Shown: in pieces, positions 58,008-64,000 of the stretch
How the letters are laid out: each line of letters opens with the position of its first letter
How positions within the stretch are numbered: the first letter of the stretch is position 1
Source of the DNA: Candidatus Thorarchaeota archaeon
GTDB lineage: Archaea > Asgardarchaeota > Thorarchaeia > Thorarchaeales > Thorarchaeaceae
DNA: 64,000 nt
Assembly (NCBI GenBank): GCA_046482545.1
Contig: JAWOEX010000013.1
Coordinates: forward strand, 32,001 to 96,000
Reading direction: 5' to 3'
Made by a program: the position numbers and the translations under genes
The notes under the pieces: model-generated
Told to the model about the DNA's origin: nothing
The model's database searches: none
What the model saw: only the letters and a program-made list of their open reading frames with translations

Positions 58008-59828
58008 ATGGTACCTAAAGATGTAGGCGAACAATCGAATGAGACTCGAGAGCCCAAACAGATTTCCAAAAGGGATATGCTACGCCTGAAAGATATGATG
58101 GAGAATCAGCCTGTTCCCACAGCAGAAATTGACACTGGTCGTACAGTGTTATGGGCAAATGCCTCGGGGAGAAGACTGCTAGGTGTCAGCAAGAATACTT
58201 TAGAGGATGGAATGAAGCTAGATGAGTTCGTCCCTGACGAATATAAGAAGTTGGTAAGTAGGGCACTGGATAGAATAGCTCAAAACAATACTGATTCATC
58301 GCTCTCCTTGAGGATAGTACGTCCAGACGGTATGAACATTCCAGTGGAAGCTTCTGCTCAAAGAATTATCCATCAACACTCTTTGGTTGGGTTTCTTCTG
58401 CACGCAGTAGATGTGTCCCAAAGAAGAAACAGGAATTTCCACACTGCAGAGAACAGTAACCTGCATGAATTTGTCGTTGAGTATTCTCCATCGGGCATAC
58501 TTGTAGTAGATGATGATTTCACCTTCGAGTATGTCAATGCCCGTCTCTGCAATATCCTCGGCCGTACCCGAAGTGAAATCATAGGACACGATTTTAGAGA
58601 TTTCCTCCATCCGGATAGTGTGGATTTTGTTTCTGATAGATACCTTCGAAAACAAAACAGAGAGACTGTACCTACTACCTATGAATTCAAGATAGTGCGC
58701 CGTGACGGGACCGCTAGGGATGTAAGAATTACTTGTACGACGATGAAGAATCAAGATGGATTGGTAAAATCGGTAGCTCAAATGCTAGATATTACTGAGA
58801 AGAAACGTAGTCAACGAGCCTTTCATGAAAGCGAACGCAAATCCCGCACCCTTGTAGAAACGATGAACGATGGGTTGGGTATGGACAACACCGATGGAGA
58901 AATCGTCTATGTTAATCAAGCCCTCGCTTCGATGTTGGGATATTCTCGGGACGAGCTTCTTGGTATGAATGGTGCGGACATTCTGCACGGTCATTCTAGG
59001 GAGGAGGAAAGCGAACGGAAGCGCCGTAGACTGGAAGGTGAAATCGAGCATTACGAATGTAATCTACTGCAATCAAATGGCGAATTGTTACCTGTTCTAC
59101 TTTCTGCTTCTCCCCTTCATTCTCCTGATGGTGAGTATCTCGGGAGCGTTGCCATATTCACCGATGTTTCCGAAATTAAAGACACTGAAGCAGAGGTACG
59201 ATTTCTCTTGGATTTGCTACTTCATGATATAGGCAACCAGCTTCAGTTAATCATCGCCGGTACTGATTTGTGTAACATGGATTTCAATTCAGGCATGGTT
59301 GATACCGGACGGGAATATATCCTCGACGGCGCTCAGAGATGCTTGGAACTGATATCCAAAATTCGGCAGTCTGAAACTGAAAAGGACAGCCCTCCTCATT
59401 CTATCGATATCGCTTCTATCGTTGAAGCAGAGATTAATCTACTATCAAAGCGGTACACAGTGGAGGTCATGCTTAGTGGCTTTGAAAGAGACACTCTTAT
59501 CATGGCTGATAAAGCAATTTCCAGCTTGGTTTGGAATCTCCTTGAGAATGCTGTGAAACACAATCCAAGAAAGAAGAAGAAGGTGTGGGTAGAGGGCCAC
59601 CGAGAAGGTAGGGAATTCGTGCTAAAAGTCGCCGATAATGGAACCGGTCTGAGGGAAGAGGGGAAGAAAGGAGTTTTCGAATCAAGGAGGTCATTCGGGG
59701 GCGTTGGTTTGCATCTTGTCAGGAGGCTGGCAACGAAGTACAGTGCTCCAATTTCTGTTGACGATAGAGTATCTGGAAAACCTTCTCAAGGATTGGAAGT
59801 TACTGTACGGTTCCAATCAGCAGAATAA
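58008..59828 (+). CDS. multi-PAS sensor histidine kinase
   Basis: Three PAS repeats, H-box LLHDIGNQLQ, N-box NLLENA, DNG.G. Confidence 0.92.
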   Translation: MVPKDVGEQSNETREPKQISKRDMLRLKDMMENQPVPTAEIDTGRTVLWANASGRRLLGVSKNTLEDGMKLDEFVPDEYKKLVSRALDRIAQNNTDSSLSLRIVRPDGMNIPVEASAQRIIHQHSLVGFLLHAVDVSQRRNRNFHTAENSNLHEFVVEYSPSGILVVDDDFTFEYVNARLCNILGRTRSEIIGHDFRDFLHPDSVDFVSDRYLRKQNRETVPTTYEFKIVRRDGTARDVRITCTTMKNQDGLVKSVAQMLDITEKKRSQRAFHESERKSRTLVETMNDGLGMDNTDGEIVYVNQALASMLGYSRDELLGMNGADILHGHSREEESERKRRRLEGEIEHYECNLLQSNGELLPVLLSASPLHSPDGEYLGSVAIFTDVSEIKDTEAEVRFLLDLLLHDIGNQLQLIIAGTDLCNMDFNSGMVDTGREYILDGAQRCLELISKIRQSETEKDSPPHSIDIASIVEAEINLLSKRYTVEVMLSGFERDTLIMADKAISSLVWNLLENAVKHNPRKKKKVWVEGHREGREFVLKVADNGTGLREEGKKGVFESRRSFGGVGLHLVRRLATKYSAPISVDDRVSGKPSQGLEVTVRFQSAE

Positions 59829-59896
59829 ATGGTAGATTCCTTTGAGATTACCCTTAAGTTTCCGAGACTCCAAATGATTTTGTCTCTTCGATTGTA

Positions 59897-59979
59897 CGGG
59901 GTAGCGATACTGACTGGATAGCATGAATATCCAAAATTCTACGGAGTTTCGCATCCACTCAACTGTCAGTAATAGGTCA
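59897..59979 (+). mobile_element. highly degenerate element end (copy H)
   Basis: CGGGGTAGCG...GGAGTTTC...CAACTGTCAGTAATAGGTCAT parallels the end of copy F. Confidence 0.55.
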
Positions 59980-60026
59980 TCTCACAAAGAGATATTAGAC
60001 AAGGTGCTTCGCTTTAGGTAAGTCGA

Positions 60027-61853
60027 GTGAAACATCAATCATACTGCCGTTGGACATCAATAATGACAAGTCAGCTATCAAACACCGACCCGCTCACTCT
60101 TAAAGAATTTGAATGCTTTAGGGATATTGCTGATACTCTCCAACTGGCTGTTGTTGCTCTCGATACTGGTTTTAACTTAACATATGCGAACACAGCTGCC
60201 CTGGATCTTCTTGCAGTGGATCATGTTCGCTCCGGAATGCATGTCAGCGATGTTGTTCCGTCCGAGCAAATGGGATTGGTTCGCAGGGGACTTGAAGAGC
60301 TGACAACTGGTGCAAAGCCCACTGGTCTTTCACTTCGGGCCATCAGGAAAGATGGAGTTCATATTCCCATCGAAACCTACGCACAGCCAATTGTTTCGGA
60401 TGAGGGAGCAGAAGGATTCTTGGTTTATGCCATTGATATGACACACAGGGCCAGGGTAGAAGAGAATCTGAGAGAACGACAGCAGTTCTTTGAGCTCATA
60501 GTGGAGCATTCACAATCGGGTATTTTCGTGATCGATGACGACTACAAATTTGAGTATCTTAATGATCAACTGGCTGATATCGTTGGCAGGACCCGTAGCG
60601 AAATGCTTGGCCATGATTTCAGAGATTTCCTTCATCCTGATAGCTTGGAGCTTGTTACTGAGAGATACCTTCGAAGGCAACGAGGGGAGAAAGTGCCACA
60701 AACATACGAATTCAAGGTTCTTCATAGTGATGGCACTCCTAGAGACATTCGGATTACAAGCACAACGATGAAGGGGCGTGACGGGAGTATTAAGACTGTT
60801 GCCCAAATCATAGATATAACAGAAACAAAGGAGAGCAAACGTGCCCTAGAAAGAAGCGAAAGGAAATACAGAACCCTCGTGGAGACCATGGAAGATGGGT
60901 TGGGTATTGATGATGAGAATTCTATAGTAACTTATGCAAATGACAAGCTGCTGAGTATGATGGGGCGGACTTGGGAGGAGGTGGTTGGTCATGGGACTCA
61001 CAAATTGTTCCATAGATGGACCCCCACCATGGCTAAGAAGAAGATTAACGGGCGCAGGAAAGGCGAGACCGAGCATTATGAAGCCAATCTGGTTCACAAA
61101 AGTGGCAAACTCATTCCGGTCATGGTTTCTGCTTCACCCCTCTTTGACGAGAATAATGAATACCAAGGCAGTTTCGCAATTATCACCGATATATCTGATT
61201 TGAAAGAGGCTGAAGGTGAGGCGCGGTTTCTTCTGGACCTTCTCCTGCATGATATTGGTAACCAACTCCAGCTGATACTAGCCGGAGCTGACCTTTGTCG
61301 GGCAGACTCACCTCCTGAACTCATCAGGAAGGCACGAAACTACGTAAATAATGGAGCCAATAGATGCCTTGAGCTAATAACCAAAATTAGAAATGCCGAA
61401 GCCGCTAAATCCGAACCCCTCAAACCTGTGGATTTGATTGATGTTCTAGAGTCAGAAATAAGACTAATTACCCGGGAATATGATGTAGAGGCACAAACCG
61501 ATAATCTGCCGGATGAAGTTATTGTGAAGGCTGATAGCGCTCTTTCCCATCTCTTATGGAATCTCTTAGAGAACGCCGCCAAACACAATCAAGATAGAAA
61601 TAGAAGAATCTGGGTGACGTCCGAACGAACAGAAGATCGTTTTATTTTACACATAATGGATAATGGTCCCGGTCTTGAAGACGAGAAGAAATTTGAATTG
61701 TTTGATTCTGAACGCAGATTCGGTGGTGTCGGCCTCCATCTAGTCAATAGACTGGCTCACAAGTATGATGCTCATCTGAGTGTGGAAGACAGGGTAGAAG
61801 GAGAACCAAGCGAGGGATTGAGGGTGAGTATAGTCTTTGCCCTCCCCAACTAA
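60027..61853 (+). CDS. multi-PAS sensor histidine kinase (tandem paralogue)
   Basis: Same architecture; shares GHDFRDFLHPDS and LLDLLLHDIGNQLQL with 58008-59828. Confidence 0.92.
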   Translation: MKHQSYCRWTSIMTSQLSNTDPLTLKEFECFRDIADTLQLAVVALDTGFNLTYANTAALDLLAVDHVRSGMHVSDVVPSEQMGLVRRGLEELTTGAKPTGLSLRAIRKDGVHIPIETYAQPIVSDEGAEGFLVYAIDMTHRARVEENLRERQQFFELIVEHSQSGIFVIDDDYKFEYLNDQLADIVGRTRSEMLGHDFRDFLHPDSLELVTERYLRRQRGEKVPQTYEFKVLHSDGTPRDIRITSTTMKGRDGSIKTVAQIIDITETKESKRALERSERKYRTLVETMEDGLGIDDENSIVTYANDKLLSMMGRTWEEVVGHGTHKLFHRWTPTMAKKKINGRRKGETEHYEANLVHKSGKLIPVMVSASPLFDENNEYQGSFAIITDISDLKEAEGEARFLLDLLLHDIGNQLQLILAGADLCRADSPPELIRKARNYVNNGANRCLELITKIRNAEAAKSEPLKPVDLIDVLESEIRLITREYDVEAQTDNLPDEVIVKADSALSHLLWNLLENAAKHNQDRNRRIWVTSERTEDRFILHIMDNGPGLEDEKKFELFDSERRFGGVGLHLVNRLAHKYDAHLSVEDRVEGEPSEGLRVSIVFALPN

Positions 61854-62042
61854 CATATTGGCTCATGCCCCGTTTTTACATTTCTTCTTTGCACCGGTAC
61901 TGTGTGAAAAGTCTGCCGCTATGAATATATGTGGTCATAACAACAGGCATAATCATAGAGATTGGACATTTTGAAATTGATATTCCCAATTCTTGCTTCT
62001 TCATTGAATTTTCACACACAATCCGTTGCACCATAATCATTG

Positions 62043-62595
62043 TAACCTGTTTCTTATAATTTCGCCAACTGCTTGAAACCTCTGTGTTACGCCCTTGCCC
62101 TTCCAGTATCACCGCCCCCAAGGCTGGTCAGTACCCCTTGTCAGCAGAGGCTTTGTCTGCGTTCACTGCAATAGCATTTTCCTGCGCTCAGGACTTCCCT
62201 CCCCTGTCATAACCCGGCATATCACTCCCGTGACAGCGAGTTTTTCCACAGTCCTTGCCAGGCGTGGTCATGATTACCCGACTCAGCTTTGTCACCGTAG
62301 CTGAGAAGATTCGTGTGGACTTGGTGAACAGCCGCGGACTCTCCAGAGACCGATGAATCTCTCTTGGTGGAGAGTGAGGACTTTTGCTTAGAATGACGCG
62401 TCCTCCTCACAGATTTCGGCCGCGTGCTTCGTACTACTGCACTAACCCCCTTGCCTAGTCATACTGAAGGCGAGTTCCGCAGTAAGTCTAATAAATTCCT
62501 CTCGTATTAGGATATTGACGGGCCTAGAGGAAATCTTACAAATGTTTTACACTTCTACACCCGGACTATGTAGGATGCTGTTAAATTTTGGTTGA
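62043..62595 (-). mobile_element. near full-length diverged element (copy I)
   Basis: Collinear with copy C from TAACCTGTTTCTTA to AGGAAATCTTACA...TTTTACACTT...TAGGAT; TSD not recoverable. Confidence 0.9.
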
Positions 62596-63988
62596 TCCTG
62601 AATCTATTCTGATACAAAATGGGTATGTGCTGACAGTGAACCCCATGCGGGAGATAATTCCTGATGGTGCTGTCTACATCGAAGGAAACGAAATCAAATG
62701 GGTTGGAAAAACGGATGATTTCTCCGGGTATACTCCTGAGTTGACCATGGATGCTGATAATATGGTGGTCATGCCTGGCCTGATTGACACCCACGTTCAT
62801 CTGGCTCAGGCCATGATACGCGGCACAGCTGATGATGTGTCCCTTGTGGACTGGCTGAAAAAATATGTCTGGGTATTGCAGGGCAACTATACTGAGGAGG
62901 ATGGACGTGCTTCTGCAGAGCTGTGCATGGCTGAGATGATTCGAACCGGCACAACGTCTTTCTTGGAATGTATGATCCATACACGATATGGATTCAACGG
63001 GATTGCAGAAGCCGTTGAAGAAACTGGCATGAGGGCTGCCCTCTCAAAAATTATTATGGATTCTACTGGTTACGCAGACAGCCCCGATATAATGTATCCC
63101 GGTATGGTTGAGGAAAGAGACGATTGTCTTCGCGAGACCGAGGAGATGCTTTCGTGTTGGCATGGTGAGGCCGAGGGCAGAATCCAAGTATGGTATGGTC
63201 TGCGTTCTCTTGGTGCAGTCACTCCCAATTTGTTCAGAGAAGTAGCCCGCCTTGCGGATGAGCATAATACGCGCATGACCATGCATCTCGGAGAAGTGGA
63301 AGATGACGTGCGCTATGTTAGAGATGAGTACGACATGGGGCTTACTGAATTCGCTGAGGAGCAAGGGCTACTTGGTCCCAACATGGTTTTCGCTCACGGA
63401 GTACATCTTTCCGACAAAGATTTGGACAGGCTAGCGAAGACCAAAACCAACATCTCCCACTGTCCCGCAAGCAATATGAAACTGGCTTCTGGATTTGCTA
63501 GAGTACCTGAGATGCTCAATCGGGGTATCCCCATTTCTCTTGGTTGTGATGGTGGTCCAAGCAACAATACGTATGATATGATTCGAGAAATGCGTCTTGC
63601 CGCTCTGGTACACAAAGCGATTGTTGATAATCCTCTGGTGATGAGTGCTGAGGATGTGGTTGAGATCGCTACATTGGGCGGAGCAGCGGCGATGGGAATC
63701 GATGATGAAGTTGGTTCCATTGAAAAGGGCAAGCTCGCAGACATAATCTTGGTAGACATGGATAGTCTGTCTTTCACGCCTAGTGTAAACCCGGTATCGA
63801 ATCTCGTATACTCCGGATGCGGGACAGATGTCGATACAGTTCTGGTAAACGGTAAAATTTTGATGAGAGACAAGGAGCTTTTGACGCTGGATGAAGAATC
63901 TGTGAAGCAAAGGGCACGGCAGCAGGCTGCTGATCTTCTCGATCGAGCTGAAATCGACATCGAGCCGAAGTGGCCAAGAAGAAAGTGA
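62588..63988 (+). CDS. amidohydrolase (MTA/SAH-deaminase/TRZ-ATZ-like nucleobase deaminase family)
   Basis: PGLIDTHVH, HLGE, AHGVH, HCPASN.KL, LGCDG. Confidence 0.9.
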   Translation: MVDPESILIQNGYVLTVNPMREIIPDGAVYIEGNEIKWVGKTDDFSGYTPELTMDADNMVVMPGLIDTHVHLAQAMIRGTADDVSLVDWLKKYVWVLQGNYTEEDGRASAELCMAEMIRTGTTSFLECMIHTRYGFNGIAEAVEETGMRAALSKIIMDSTGYADSPDIMYPGMVEERDDCLRETEEMLSCWHGEAEGRIQVWYGLRSLGAVTPNLFREVARLADEHNTRMTMHLGEVEDDVRYVRDEYDMGLTEFAEEQGLLGPNMVFAHGVHLSDKDLDRLAKTKTNISHCPASNMKLASGFARVPEMLNRGIPISLGCDGGPSNNTYDMIREMRLAALVHKAIVDNPLVMSAEDVVEIATLGGAAAMGIDDEVGSIEKGKLADIILVDMDSLSFTPSVNPVSNLVYSGCGTDVDTVLVNGKILMRDKELLTLDEESVKQRARQQAADLLDRAEIDIEPKWPRRK

Positions 63989-64000
63989 AATTCCGTTGGT

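Noticed and set aside
6477-62595. CRISPR array formed by the repeated end motif
   Set aside because: Copies are kilobases apart, in both orientations and of variable length. There is no regular repeat-spacer structure and no cas genes.
62037-62601. TSD for copy I (TCATTG versus TCCTGA)
   Set aside because: Too many mismatches to claim; the copy is diverged.

Overview
Archaeal chromosomal segment, most likely from an Asgard archaeon (probably Thorarchaeia). This is an inference from archaeal r-proteins, TFB, Rpo12, GGGP synthase, roadblock and longin-like proteins, archaeal-type Sec machinery and a eukaryote-like SECIS. Contents in order: part of the S10/spc ribosomal operon (uL22 to uS8, including a uS14 missed by the ORF track); housekeeping genes; a selenocysteine cluster (selB, SepSecS, a hypothetical gene, tRNA-Sec, a SAM methyltransferase, PSTK); leuS; a hemerythrin/HxlR module; an unannotated selenoprotein gene (vhuU, in-frame UGA) with a eukaryote-type SECIS overlapping its stop codon; a W/Mo-AOR, amidohydrolase and PreA-like catabolic region; and two tandem PAS histidine kinases. 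The most striking unexplained structure is a dispersed family of ~560-bp structured, transposase-less elements, with about 9 copies or remnants in 64 kb. They share a conserved end (..AACTGTAAGAAACAGGTYA) and have no terminal inverted repeats. Two intact copies have 6-bp target-site duplications, and removing them restores a methyltransferase ORF and a pfkB C-terminus. The interior carries covarying hairpins and a decayed protein C-terminal tail, which suggests a TnpB/omegaRNA-derived non-autonomous element with an unusual insertion chemistry.
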